NCBI GenBank assembly: GCA_015492295.1
Contig: WGFI01000099.1
Coordinates: 1 to 54,517 of the forward strand
Length of the DNA stretch: 54,517 bases
Reading direction: 5' to 3'
From: a candidate division WOR-3 bacterium
GTDB taxonomy: Bacteria; Hydrothermota; Hydrothermia; LBFQ01
The position numbers and the translations under genes were made by a program. Shown piece by piece: positions 8,075-18,449 of this stretch. The notes under the pieces were generated by a model, which was not told the DNA's origin, did not search any database, and was given only the letters and a program-made list of their open reading frames with translations. Positions within the stretch are counted from its first letter, which is position 1, and each line of letters begins with the position of its first letter.

Positions 8075-8788
8075 ATGGATTTTGGTGAATGGATATATTT
8101 TTTATCCGAATGTACGGGCATATCAACTTCAAGAATATTGATAGGGGATTTCAATATAAAATCCTTGCAAAAAGCGATAGGCATCCTTTTCAAATATCCG
8201 AAGGGCTATCCTTATCAATACATTTTGCGAAAGAGCGTATTTTATGGTAGGGAATTCTATGTGGATGAAAGGGTGATGATACCAAGGAGCGATACTGAAA
8301 GATTAGTTGATATAGTACTGCCATATTTAAGAGATGGGTTTTATGTTTTGGATCTATGCGCAGGGAGCGGAGTAATAGGAATAACTCTCAAACTCCTTTT
8401 CCCTGGAATAACGGTTTTTTTAAGTGATATATCAAGGGAGGCTTTGAAGGTTGCGGAGATAAATGTAAAGAAATTCGGTATAGATGCCAACATAATAGCA
8501 TGCGATCTTTTAAAATGCTTTAAGAGAAGGTTTGATATAATCGTATCCAACCCCCCATATATACCTGAGGATATGCTTGGGAGGTACGATAGAAGGCTGT
8601 TTTACGAACCAAGAATCTCGTTGGTAGGGGGGAGGTACGGATACGAAATCACTAAGAAGTTGATTGAGGAGGCGAGATTAGCATTGAAGGAAGGGGGGTA
8701 TCTTTTCATTGAGAGTGATCCTATGCATTTCCATATATTCCCGAAAAATGCCAAATTCATTGATAGATTCGTTATTCTGAGGTTTTGA
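8075..8788 (+). CDS. prmC: Release factor glutamine methyltransferase
   Basis: P.QYI, V.IPR.DTE, LDLCAGSG, SNPPYI; ATG 8075 preferred over upstream TTG. Confidence 0.85.
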   Translation: MDFGEWIYFLSECTGISTSRILIGDFNIKSLQKAIGILFKYPKGYPYQYILRKSVFYGREFYVDERVMIPRSDTERLVDIVLPYLRDGFYVLDLCAGSGVIGITLKLLFPGITVFLSDISREALKVAEINVKKFGIDANIIACDLLKCFKRRFDIIVSNPPYIPEDMLGRYDRRLFYEPRISLVGGRYGYEITKKLIEEARLALKEGGYLFIESDPMHFHIFPKNAKFIDRFVILRF

Positions 8789-10718
8789 TGCCGAGCTTCT
8801 TATATAGTCTATCCCTGCTGTGCGGTGAGGATGCGAAATAAGTATCTAAGGAATCAAGGTAATATTGGGTTGCCAAGCCGAAATCTCCGCTCAACGATGC
8901 TATATCCCCTAATTCTTCTTTGATCATAGATAATACAAACGGAAGATTCTTTGTGTATTTTGCGGCTAAGGTCAGATATTCATAAGCACTCGCCCTATAA
9001 GATTTGTTCTTTGTCTCCTTATAGAGATGTGTAAAGGTTTTGCCTACGATGAAATTCAAAATGCCATAAGTTATCGGAAAGATTTCCTCCAGGTTCTCGG
9101 AGAGATTTATCGCCTCATCTATAATATCCAATGGATCTGAAAAAAATATCCTATTGTACAATTTCAAGGATTTGGCCTGTAAGAGGTTGTATATGTTGTT
9201 TGATCCCGTAAGGGACCTTTCCAGTTCATTGAAAAATGTCTCTGCTAGCGTGTGTTGTCCTAAGAGCATATACACTATTCCCATATAAGCATAGATTTTA
9301 GGGTTCTGCGTATGTTTGAGTAATACCTCGTATTCTCTCAGTATGTTATTGGCCATATCATACCTTCCCGTATGGTACATCTTATGAACCATTATCTTTA
9401 ACTTCAACAACCTGTGGTTTTCATCTATTCTAAGTAGTATATTTTGGGCATCATCAAGGTTTTTCAAAGGATCAAAAATATAAGACATCCTCACATAGGA
9501 CCTCACCTTATATATTAAGGCCTCTTTAGCCTTCAATCCATATTTGTTTCTCCTCGCTATATCAAACGAGGCATTAAAGAAATTCAAAGATTTTCTGTAA
9601 TTGTTCAGACATTCAAACTCTCGCCCTTTAAGAAGAAAGTACCTCCCTAGGGATAGATATATATTCATTCTGAGTTCATCGTTATGCAAATATCTGCTTA
9701 TCTCATACAACTGCTGAGCGTAGCTATCCGCGACTTCAAGATAATATCTATCCATATTCTTAAACCACATGCCTAAGAAAATATCAAGGAGAGATATAAG
9801 ATAAACAACCTTATCGTACTTATCAAGCGAACCCATATTTATGGTGTTTATAAGATTAAACGCCTTGTCGTATTTCCTTTCATAAGCGAGTCTTTTAATA
9901 ATAAAGACATCCATCTCATCGTTTATTCCCAAAAGATCATCCAATTTTGTTCCTATCTTTAAATTTAGGATCTGCAAGACTTTTATATCGGGATATAGAA
10001 TTGCGTTGTACTCTCTTATAAAACCCATAAACTTTAAAATTTCAATGTGATTTTCAAACTCCTCATATTTCATTTTTTCTCTGACTATGGAACTTATCCA
10101 AGATTTAGGAATTCCAAAGTTATGTTTAAAGATGCCATTTTCAATCAGAATACTTATGATACCCAATATGTACTTCGTCTTTATATCCAACTTTTCAAGT
10201 CTCTCCTCCCATCTTCGCATAATATCAAGCCCCATTTCCATCTGGGTTTTGTCTTCGCTTATATCTATCAGGTTAATCTTTTGGGGAAATATCTCTTTAT
10301 AATAAATCCCATGATTCTCAAAAAACTTCTTGATTATTATTTCCTCATCGTCTCCCCAGCAACTGATTCCTATTATTTGAAAACCCTTAGACTTTGACTT
10401 CAACAAAAACTTGTGGGCATTGGCGGTATATATATTGGAATCAAAGTCAAAAAGTAATATATGCTTCCTTTTAAGCAAATTTCTCGGTATATAGTTTCTC
10501 TCAATGTCCTTGATTTCAGGGATAAATACGCGTTTCTTTGGAAAGCGCTGTTTAAGGATAGTTAGAACCTTTTGTTTAAGATTATCTCCTAAATATGAGA
10601 ATATGATGATGCTCTCTCCCTTTGATACAGGTATCTCTATCTCATTCCTAACATTTTCATCAACATAAACATCCTCAACTCTTATGCTCTTCAAAGGAAC
10701 GAGTTTTCCCAGAACCAT
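8772..10718 (-). CDS. Large hypothetical protein with C-terminal TPR-like helical repeats
   Basis: ~650 aa ORF; helical repeats such as IYAYMGIVYMLLGQHTLAETFF, LGDIASLSGDFGLATQYY; start uncertain (10718 or 10745). Confidence 0.65.
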   Translation of the reverse strand: MVLGKLVPLKSIRVEDVYVDENVRNEIEIPVSKGESIIIFSYLGDNLKQKVLTILKQRFPKKRVFIPEIKDIERNYIPRNLLKRKHILLFDFDSNIYTANAHKFLLKSKSKGFQIIGISCWGDDEEIIIKKFFENHGIYYKEIFPQKINLIDISEDKTQMEMGLDIMRRWEERLEKLDIKTKYILGIISILIENGIFKHNFGIPKSWISSIVREKMKYEEFENHIEILKFMGFIREYNAILYPDIKVLQILNLKIGTKLDDLLGINDEMDVFIIKRLAYERKYDKAFNLINTINMGSLDKYDKVVYLISLLDIFLGMWFKNMDRYYLEVADSYAQQLYEISRYLHNDELRMNIYLSLGRYFLLKGREFECLNNYRKSLNFFNASFDIARRNKYGLKAKEALIYKVRSYVRMSYIFDPLKNLDDAQNILLRIDENHRLLKLKIMVHKMYHTGRYDMANNILREYEVLLKHTQNPKIYAYMGIVYMLLGQHTLAETFFNELERSLTGSNNIYNLLQAKSLKLYNRIFFSDPLDIIDEAINLSENLEEIFPITYGILNFIVGKTFTHLYKETKNKSYRASAYEYLTLAAKYTKNLPFVLSMIKEELGDIASLSGDFGLATQYYLDSLDTYFASSPHSRDRLYKKLGIKTSE

Positions 10719-10774
10719 AAATGCGCACCTAATATTATAAGACACAAAGATATGAAATTCAACAGGGAAGTTTT

Positions 10775-10786
10775 CAACTTTAAAAT
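10775..10786 (+). promoter_or_regulatory. Putative leaderless promoter CAACTT-TAAAAT
   Basis: 9 nt before nadA ATG, no SD. Confidence 0.65.
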
Positions 10787-10795
10787 ATACACTCT

Positions 10796-11758
10796 ATGAC
10801 TACCTACGATGTGGAGACCATAAAGGAGATGCAGAAAAAGATATTAGAATTGAAAAAGATAAAAAATGCTTATATTATAGCGCATAATTACCAATTGCCG
10901 GAGATTCAGGATGTGGCCGATTATGTTGGAGATTCTTTGGGTATGGCGCTGGAAGCTAAGAAAACGGATTATCCGCTGGTTGTGGTATGTGGGGTTCATT
11001 TTATGGCTGAAACGGCGGCCATACTCCTTCCAGATAAAAAGGTTCTTATTCCCGATCCCAACGCTGGATGCTCCTTAGCCGACAGTATAACACCTGAACA
11101 GCTTATTGAATGGAAAAACAAGCATCCCAATGCCGTAGTGGTATCCTATGTTAATACCACGGCGGAAATAAAATCTTTGTCCGATTATTGTTGCACCTCA
11201 TCAAATGCCGTTAAGGTGGTGAATTCAATACCGAAAGATAAGGAGATACTCTTTCTTCCGGATATGTACTTGGGAATGTATGTAAGGGAGGTTACGGGTA
11301 GGGATAACATACATATATGGCCAGGTGAATGTCATGTGCATGCGAAGGTCAGTCCATCGGATATAGTAAAGTCTATAAAGGAGAATCCGGATGCGGATTT
11401 TTTGGTCCATCCGGAATGCGGATGCACGACGAGCTGTATGTATATGAAAGAAAGACAGAAGATAGATTTGCATATACTTTCAACGGGCGGTATGGTAAAA
11501 CATATAAAGAGTTCCCGTAGGGATAAGTTTATAGTTGCGACGGAGATAGGGATAATTTACAGGCTGAAGAAGGAAACGAAAGGTGAAAATAAGGATATTA
11601 AGCCTTTGAGAGAGGATATGATATGCGAATATATGAAGATGATAACCATAGATAAAGTCCTTAGATCCCTTGAAGAGGAGATTTATGAGGTGAAGATCCC
11701 CAAGGATATAGCAGATAAGGCAAAAAAAGCGGTTGAAAGGATGCTTGAAATAGTGTAA
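10796..11758 (+). CDS. nadA: Quinolinate synthase
   Basis: AHNYQ, GDSL, CGVHFMAE, GCSLA, YVNT, C.VH, HPEC, C.YMK. Confidence 0.96.
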   Translation: MTTYDVETIKEMQKKILELKKIKNAYIIAHNYQLPEIQDVADYVGDSLGMALEAKKTDYPLVVVCGVHFMAETAAILLPDKKVLIPDPNAGCSLADSITPEQLIEWKNKHPNAVVVSYVNTTAEIKSLSDYCCTSSNAVKVVNSIPKDKEILFLPDMYLGMYVREVTGRDNIHIWPGECHVHAKVSPSDIVKSIKENPDADFLVHPECGCTTSCMYMKERQKIDLHILSTGGMVKHIKSSRRDKFIVATEIGIIYRLKKETKGENKDIKPLREDMICEYMKMITIDKVLRSLEEEIYEVKIPKDIADKAKKAVERMLEIV

Positions 11759-12660
11759 TGAGATATGTTCTGATCGTTTTAACTTTTGTATGGTTTATTG
11801 TAATAGGTGGTTTCACGGTATGGTTTGTGGGTTTTAGAAATGGAAAGCAACAGAGTGGGATTGGGAAGATTCTGATGAAGTGGAGGAAAGGTGATTTTAA
11901 AGATTATAAGAAAACCGTTATAAATCATGAGAAATTTGAAGAAATCTTGTTCCTGAACTCCTTACTCGGAAGATCAACCTTACGATGTGAATATGATGGG
12001 AATACTTTAACATGTGAAGGTTTCTCTCCTATTCGCATAAGGAAATATCCCTCGTCCTTAAAGATTCTCGGAGATATTTATCTCCTTGACACTTCCAAAT
12101 CGTTGCTTAAAAAGCGACTGATTGATTGGAAATCCAAGATACATTCCCTTTCACATTACGATGCCTTACAGCTGTGCGTTAAGCAGATTAGAAATTATTC
12201 TGAGATTGATAGTTTATATCTTGAAAAGCTGGCCTTGGAAAACGATATAAAGTTTTGGAAATCCGTAAAGGATAGGAAAATCAACGGTAGATTCTTTGAA
12301 ATTTTTAAGCGCAGATTCTCCGATGGACATATATGTATAAACCATCATAAATTTTTATTCGCTGAAAGGATTTTCAGTAAAAGCGTGAAATCGCCTAAGA
12401 TAAGTGTAAAGGATTACGCGGAGAGGGAGATAAAGAGACTGAACAGCTATGTAAAAATCATCAACGATAAGATATCCCTGAGTTTAAAAAATTCCTATGA
12501 TCCACTTGCAGAGGCTTTTTATAAGAGAGGGCTTGAATATGTGGCTAAGGGCGACTACCATAGTGCGAGGATATACTTTGAGAGGGCATTAAAGGTTGAT
12601 CCGAGACATCAAAAGGCGAAGGAGGCATTGGAAAGGGTGCGCAGGGTGCTATCCAAGTAG
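11758..12660 (+). CDS. Membrane-anchored hypothetical protein with C-terminal TPR
   Basis: N-terminal TM; YKRGLEY..KGDY..A..YFERALKVDP. Confidence 0.7.
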   Translation: MRYVLIVLTFVWFIVIGGFTVWFVGFRNGKQQSGIGKILMKWRKGDFKDYKKTVINHEKFEEILFLNSLLGRSTLRCEYDGNTLTCEGFSPIRIRKYPSSLKILGDIYLLDTSKSLLKKRLIDWKSKIHSLSHYDALQLCVKQIRNYSEIDSLYLEKLALENDIKFWKSVKDRKINGRFFEIFKRRFSDGHICINHHKFLFAERIFSKSVKSPKISVKDYAEREIKRLNSYVKIINDKISLSLKNSYDPLAEAFYKRGLEYVAKGDYHSARIYFERALKVDPRHQKAKEALERVRRVLSK

Positions 12661-13149
12661 TTCCCTTAACATTTCAAAGACTTCATTCCTATTGTCAGGC
12701 GTTAAGAGAATCACTCGGAATCTTCGTCTTATATCTCTCACCAAAGGATGAACATCCTTTATGGGTATGGTGGCTATTATATTCGTTCTATCATTAAAAA
12801 CGATTTTTCTGATTTCCTTAGAAAATCTTTCGCTTAAAAGTTCCATCTTTCCTATCTCGTCAACCAGAAGTAGCTTCCTGAAATCATACCCTTGCAATAT
12901 AGGTAGGACGATCCTTTCAAACTCCTCAACATTTACACCGTATTTGCCGACCTTGCGAGTCTTAAAATTTATATGCGCCAATATACCCTTATCTCCATTG
13001 GTTGTTATTATCCTAAAACCCACCCTATTACCTCTTTCCCTAATCTCCTCAGTCCAAAATCCCGCAAATATGCCAGGGTACAATCCGTATATCTTCTTTA
13101 TCAATGTGGTTTTCCCCGCCTTGGGCTTACCTGTGATGAACAGCTTCAT
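12649..13149 (-). CDS. Nucleoside-triphosphatase (THEP1/NTPase_1 family)
   Basis: ITGKPKAGKTT, GFWTEEIRE.G.RVGF, VGKY.V, DEIGKMEL. Confidence 0.9.
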   Translation of the reverse strand: MKLFITGKPKAGKTTLIKKIYGLYPGIFAGFWTEEIRERGNRVGFRIITTNGDKGILAHINFKTRKVGKYGVNVEEFERIVLPILQGYDFRKLLLVDEIGKMELLSERFSKEIRKIVFNDRTNIIATIPIKDVHPLVRDIRRRFRVILLTPDNRNEVFEMLRELLG

Positions 13150-14455
13150 TCAGTATAGATGATATTTTATCTTTAAACTCCCCTATCTCCCGTAGGGATC
13201 TTTCCACTATGAAAACTTTCCTTTTATCTCTACTCATCTTAGGAACATCCATAACTATTCCGAAGTTCGCGTTCATAGGTTGGAAATTCTTCTTAGGTGA
13301 AGTTATGTAATATATCAGAGAGCCTATCATCGTGTGTTTTGGGGGTTTTAAAGGTTCAAAACCTAAGGCCATCAAGGCGGCATTCAAACCGGCCAGATGC
13401 CCCCCTGCTATCGCAGGTACATAACCTTCGGTTCCTGTTATCTGACCAGCGAAGAAGATCCTTGGCTCATTTTTTAATTGCAATGTCGGCAATAGAAGAT
13501 CAGGTGAGTTTATATATGTGTTTCTATGAATAGCCCCGTATCTTAAAAATTCCGCCTTTTCCAACCCCGGAATCATGCGAAATACCCTTTTTTGTTCGCC
13601 TATTTTAAGCTGAGTTTGAAAGCCGACCAAATTCCAAGCCTTACCTTCCTTATCTTCCCTCCTGAGTTGAACGACAGCATAAGGTAATTTCCCCGTACGA
13701 GGATCCTCCAAACCCGTAGGTCTTAAAGGACCATAAAGTAAAGTCTCCGGCCCCCTCTTGGCCATAACCTCTATCGGCAAACAGGCCTCAAAGTACGTTA
13801 TATCCTTCTCAAATTCCTTGGGTTTATGTATCTTGGCATTTACGAGGGCTTCCCAAAATCTCATATATTCTTCCCTATTCATAGGAGCATTAAGATAAGC
13901 ATCATCCTCATAGCCAAATCTATCTTTGAAATACATCTTACTGTAATCTATGGTATCACCATCAACTATCGGGGATTGCGCATCGTAGAAGTAAAGGTAA
14001 TCATCCCCTATGAGTTTTGCTATGGATTCACTTAGAGGTTCGCTTGTTAAAGGTCCGCTGGCAATGATAACTATTCCGTCGGGGATTTCCTGAACCTCCT
14101 CATTTATAAACTCTATATTAGGATGTTTCCTTATCGCTTTTTCAACTTTACTTGAAAAACACCATCTATCCAAGGCTAAGGCTTTACCTCCTGGCAATTG
14201 ACATTCATAGGCGAATCTAATGAGTTTGGATCCCAAGATTTCCAATTCTTTTTTTAGAAGCCCTGAAGCCGAATATAATTCCCTTGACTTAAAAGTGTTT
14301 GAACATACGAGTTCGGCAGGTTTCCCAGAAGAGTGCGCGGGTGTCATTTTTTTAGGTCTCATCTCGTATAAGAAAACCTTTACACCCATATCCGCTGCAA
14401 CAAGTGCGGCCTCACTACCCGCCAAACCCGCCCCTATGATTTTGATACTCTTCAT
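13127..14455 (-). CDS. trmFO: Folate/FAD-dependent tRNA m5U54 methyltransferase
   Basis: GAGLAGSEAA, ELVCSN, FEACLPIE, HRNTYI, AGQITG.EGY, QPMNANFG. Confidence 0.96.
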   Translation of the reverse strand: MKSIKIIGAGLAGSEAALVAADMGVKVFLYEMRPKKMTPAHSSGKPAELVCSNTFKSRELYSASGLLKKELEILGSKLIRFAYECQLPGGKALALDRWCFSSKVEKAIRKHPNIEFINEEVQEIPDGIVIIASGPLTSEPLSESIAKLIGDDYLYFYDAQSPIVDGDTIDYSKMYFKDRFGYEDDAYLNAPMNREEYMRFWEALVNAKIHKPKEFEKDITYFEACLPIEVMAKRGPETLLYGPLRPTGLEDPRTGKLPYAVVQLRREDKEGKAWNLVGFQTQLKIGEQKRVFRMIPGLEKAEFLRYGAIHRNTYINSPDLLLPTLQLKNEPRIFFAGQITGTEGYVPAIAGGHLAGLNAALMALGFEPLKPPKHTMIGSLIYYITSPKKNFQPMNANFGIVMDVPKMSRDKRKVFIVERSLREIGEFKDKISSILNEAVHHR

Positions 14456-14465
14456 TGAAAAGAAT

Positions 14466-14477
14466 ATTATAAAGTTG
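14466..14477 (-). promoter_or_regulatory. Putative leaderless promoter CAACTT-TATAAT
   Basis: 10 nt before trmFO ATG. Confidence 0.6.
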
Positions 14478-14555
14478 AAAACTCTCTTGACCTAAATTTA
14501 TTCTCATAGCATCATCAATTCACCTTCCTTCACCCTTAGGAATACTTATTTTGCT

Positions 14556-14935
14556 TTGGATATGCGGCATATAGATGTTAAGAAGAATGGCGAATTGCTG
14601 ATCAAGGAGGACATAACTGTCCTTGCAAAGGGTAAGAGGATCAAAAGAGGAATATATAGGGAATTTCCTATGAGGTATAAGCGGAACGGAATAAATTACA
14701 GCATTGATTTTGATCTCGTGAAGGTTCTCAGGGATGGTAGAGAGGAGAACTACTTCACAAAACGGACGGACAGCAGTGTAAGGATATATATTGGGAAAAA
14801 GGAAATTTTTCTGAAAGAAGGTGTGTATGAATACACCCTGAGTTATACTGGAATGTAAATGGAACGAGGTGGGAATTTCCGATAAACAAGGTAAGGGCGA
14901 CTGTAAAACTGCCCGCTGTACCCCCGGATAGTATA
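14556..14935 (+). pseudogene. DUF2207 membrane protein, N-terminal remnant
   Basis: IKRGIYR.FP, RIYIG, Y.Y.LSY, then frameshifted ELYWNVNGTRWEFPINKVRATVKLP. Confidence 0.75.
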
Positions 14936-15859
14936 ATACTAATTCCTTTTATATCCCGTCAAAGAGCGGACAAAATCCTTATCTTTGTAGAAGCGCTGAA
15001 GGATACAAATTAAATCTTCCTCAATATCATCAAGGGAGTCATAAACTTTATTGGCCATTCTCTGTCTGATATACCTCCACATAGCCTCAGCAGGATTTAC
15101 CTCAGGCGTATAGGGAGGTGTGTAGAAAAAGGATATGTTCTCTGGAGCAAATCTCTCATCTCCTTGTTGAACTCCTCAAGAAACACCCTCACCGTCTCTC
15201 CCCCCAAATCAGGCAATATGAAAAACATCACATCCCCACTCAACACATCCACTGCACCGTAAAGATAAAAATACTCGTACTTATGTTGAATAGGTCAATC
15301 TGCCTTCTCTCCCTTAGGTATCCATACCTTTCTATGCTTCACTATCAAACCTACCCTCATCTCATCTTCCCATATCACCCTCTTACCCCTCAATATCACT
15401 ACTTTTTTTGAACTCCTTCTTTGGATCCTTCCTGACACTGTATGGCCTCCCGATTTTCTTCTTTGCTTTCAGCTTTTCCCTCATTATCGCGTGCATCCTC
15501 GTCTTGCTATACCTTACACCGTACTCCCTCACTATGAACTCTATGGCGTCCTTGATTGTTCTTATCCTTCCTCTCAGCATCTCTTCCCTTAACCTCTCAA
15601 ACGCCTTTTCGGGTACCTTCTGCCCACACCCTTTCTTCCTACCTATTTTCTTCAATTCCATCAGCTTTGCTATCCCTACTTCTTCATAACTCTTCCACCA
15701 CCTCGCTATCTGATACTTGCTATATCCTAAGATCTTCCCTGCATTCTCATAAGATGCCTTCGGTTTTTCCTTGAAAAACAATAGCATTTGAAGACGGGTC
15801 CTTCGGATCCTGTTCTTTACCTTTATCGGCATACACGCATTCTAAGGGGAAAAGGGTAT
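14936..15859 (-). mobile_element. Degenerate IS630-family insertion sequence
   Basis: HTH ORF 15383..15832; A7G slippery site 15402..15409; downstream frame WEDEMRVG...YLYGAVD...PPYTPEVNPAE.MW with internal stop and deletion; ends TA|ATAC on both sides (boundaries tentative). Confidence 0.85.
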
Positions 15860-16030
15860 TATGCACTTGATATAGTTGATGTATGGTTAAAGAAGTTTGA
15901 GGGAAGCCTGAAGGACTACAAGTCCGTTTGGTACGATGGGAGGGGCTCTTTTGGAATTCCCAGTATTTATGGCTTATCCGGTGCATTGGGTGCTTTCATA
16001 ATAGACATCCCAGAGAGTGGAGGTGGGTTA
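15860..16030 (+). pseudogene. DUF2207 C-terminal remnant
   Basis: YALDIVDVWLKKFEG....WYDG...SGGG resembles the DUF2207 C-terminus. Confidence 0.55.
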
Positions 16031-17806
16031 AAAAAGATCCTTCCTATCCACTTCCACGATAAGGTTTCTAATCTTAACTCTAACTATGTTCCCCTTTACT
16101 TCAACCACCTTGCCTTTTATGCCCAAACTCTTTATAAAATATTCCTTTCCAACCGAGATCTCACCCTCATCTTTCCTAACCAATCTCTCAGGAACCCTCT
16201 CAACCTTTCCACGCTTGGCATAGGATATGGTCGTTATCAGATCCCTCTTCAGTTCCTTCAATTTCTGACTTTCCCTTTCAATCTCTTTGATTTTTCTCTC
16301 GTATTTTTCCTTTATTTTGAGGATACTCGCGGGGATCTTTTCAAATATATCTTTGGCCGATTTGATTATCTCCTCTGGTAATCCCAAAGTTTCGGCGGTT
16401 TTCAATCCCTTACTCTCCCCTATCTTCCCAACTATGAGAGAGTAATCTTCAAGCGAAGCGACCTCAAAGAAATCGGCTTCGGAAGCCAGGAGTTTCAATG
16501 TGGAAAAGTGCGTGCTTATGAATACATATACTTTTCTATCTGAAAGGTACTTTGCCGTCGCGAAACTCAAAGCGGATGATTCATCCGGGTCCGTTGAGGA
16601 AAATATCTCATCAAAGATGACCACATCAAAGGGTTTAACCTCCTTCAAGATTTTCTTCATCTCAACGATTTCCGCTGCAAAGTGTGATAAATCTTTGCTA
16701 ATATCTCCCATGGATGAGAAACCCAAGGGGAAGACTCTACTACCGTAGGGAATTATAGCCTTCTCGGCGATCACGGGGACGCCCATGGAAGCCATTATTA
16801 TGGCAAAGGCGATGGTTCTGAGAGTTATAGTTTTACCACCTGCGTTGGGACCCGTTATAAGCAAAGCCTTCTTCTTTGCATGAAAATTCAACGGTACCAC
16901 TTTATCCCTTAGCCTTGAACAGAGAATCGGTTCCCTACAATTTTTTAATACGATCTCACCATTCCTGGAAAACTCCGGAATGCAACATTTAAAATCCAGA
17001 TGGAATTTGGCTCTGGCGTATAAACTATCAATGAAACCCAAACTATCGTAAAGTCTCTTTAAGCTATCCTTCAAATCCAGAAACCTCTTTATCAGCCCTC
17101 CTATTATCCTATTTTCCTCCTCCCTTATCCTATCATCCAACTGTATAACCTGATTCTGCAAAGGAACTATATCATAAGGTTCAACGAATATAGTTTCAGT
17201 AGTGTGAGAATATCCATGTATCACACCATCTATTTGATAGTTTGATATTACGGGAAGCGTTAATCTGCCATTCTTGATCACAGGTTGTCTCTCTCTGAGT
17301 TTATCCCAGTGAATATTTATTATCCTCGCGTAGGCATTCAGAAGATTTTGCCTGAGTTTGTTCCTTCTATTGTAGAGTTCCTTCAAAGACGGATTTATAA
17401 ACACCTTGACCTTTCCATCCCTATCAATATACCTGTTTATATCCTCGGCGAATGATACGAGTTCCCTACCTATATTCAAATATGAGGATACATTCGCGGA
17501 ATGTATCCCTTCCCTAAGCTTCAAAGCTTTGTTTATGAAGTCGGCTAAGACTATCAGTTTTTCGCCCGTCAAAACCCCGAATTTATCAAAATAAACGAAG
17601 ACCTCGCCTATATCCGGAAACATCGGAAGACTCAATGAATGACCGAGTTCGTGCTCCATTATTATATTTTTCAAGAGTTTGAAATCCCTAAGTGCCTTTG
17701 AATAATCGGGCTTTAAAGATTTTATCCACCTCTCCCCCGTGGAAGTTGATACATACCTTAAAAGCAAATTCCTCAATTCATCTATAAGATTCTCCCTATC
17801 CCTCAT
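16028..17806 (-). CDS. mutS2: MutS2-like protein lacking the Smr domain
   Basis: G.IH..S.T.ETIFVEP, ITGPNAGGKT, DE..S.TDP.E, STH, C-terminal KOW-like segment. Confidence 0.8.
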   Translation of the reverse strand: MRDRENLIDELRNLLLRYVSTSTGERWIKSLKPDYSKALRDFKLLKNIIMEHELGHSLSLPMFPDIGEVFVYFDKFGVLTGEKLIVLADFINKALKLREGIHSANVSSYLNIGRELVSFAEDINRYIDRDGKVKVFINPSLKELYNRRNKLRQNLLNAYARIINIHWDKLRERQPVIKNGRLTLPVISNYQIDGVIHGYSHTTETIFVEPYDIVPLQNQVIQLDDRIREEENRIIGGLIKRFLDLKDSLKRLYDSLGFIDSLYARAKFHLDFKCCIPEFSRNGEIVLKNCREPILCSRLRDKVVPLNFHAKKKALLITGPNAGGKTITLRTIAFAIIMASMGVPVIAEKAIIPYGSRVFPLGFSSMGDISKDLSHFAAEIVEMKKILKEVKPFDVVIFDEIFSSTDPDESSALSFATAKYLSDRKVYVFISTHFSTLKLLASEADFFEVASLEDYSLIVGKIGESKGLKTAETLGLPEEIIKSAKDIFEKIPASILKIKEKYERKIKEIERESQKLKELKRDLITTISYAKRGKVERVPERLVRKDEGEISVGKEYFIKSLGIKGKVVEVKGNIVRVKIRNLIVEVDRKDLF

Positions 17807-18449
17807 ATTTAAACTTTAAACCCTTTGAGTGCTGCAACAGGATTTCCTTTCCTATCTTTCTCCTTTTAGCATAAATCTCCACATACTTTTCCATATCCAT
17901 AAACCAATGCGCCAGGGAATTGCCGAGATAAGGAATCACCTCTTCTTCCTTTCCCTTCCTTACGATCCACACGGCTAAGGGTAAATCCCTATCCACAAGA
18001 TTGTATATGTGTATATACTCATCAAAATCCCTTCTGAGAGCTCTATCCCCATAAACCACGAAGGCATCCGCGTTAAATATATCTGGAAAATTCTTTAACT
18101 TGAAGATTTTTCCTGAAAATAGTGAGGATAATCTATCCTCAACGGAGTACAATATCGGCTCGTACCCTTGAACTATACCGAGCGTAAAGTTATCAAGATT
18201 CCTTATATCATCCTTTGAAATCAGAACCAAACTCTGAGAAAGCGGAGTTAAAACCACATAGAATTTGGTTATTATAAACTCATCCGGGATGAATGATATT
18301 ATATGATACGGGCATGGTACGGCATCAATCTTGCCGGACTGTAATAAAGCCCTTATATGGGATATGGAAACATAAAATCTCTTCCATCGCTTGGGCAATT
18401 CAATATAATACGGATAAAAATCAAATTCTGATATTACTCCTAAGGTCAT
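17796..18449 (-). CDS. Divergent MqnA/MqnD-family protein (futalosine pathway fold)
   Basis: LG.IS..D..P, L..G.IDA...P, DA.V..GDRAL, LP.AVW. Confidence 0.55.
   Translation of the reverse strand: MTLGVISEFDFYPYYIELPKRWKRFYVSISHIRALLQSGKIDAVPCPYHIISFIPDEFIITKFYVVLTPLSQSLVLISKDDIRNLDNFTLGIVQGYEPILYSVEDRLSSLFSGKIFKLKNFPDIFNADAFVVYGDRALRRDFDEYIHIYNLVDRDLPLAVWIVRKGKEEEVIPYLGNSLAHWFMDMEKYVEIYAKRRKIGKEILLQHSKGLKFKYEG

Noticed and set aside
15118-15986. Several short ORFs over the IS region
   Set aside because: These are shadow frames of the degenerate transposase.
15788-16381. 197-aa ORF as an intact gene
   Set aside because: It is a chimera of the IS end, the DUF2207 remnant and antisense mutS2.
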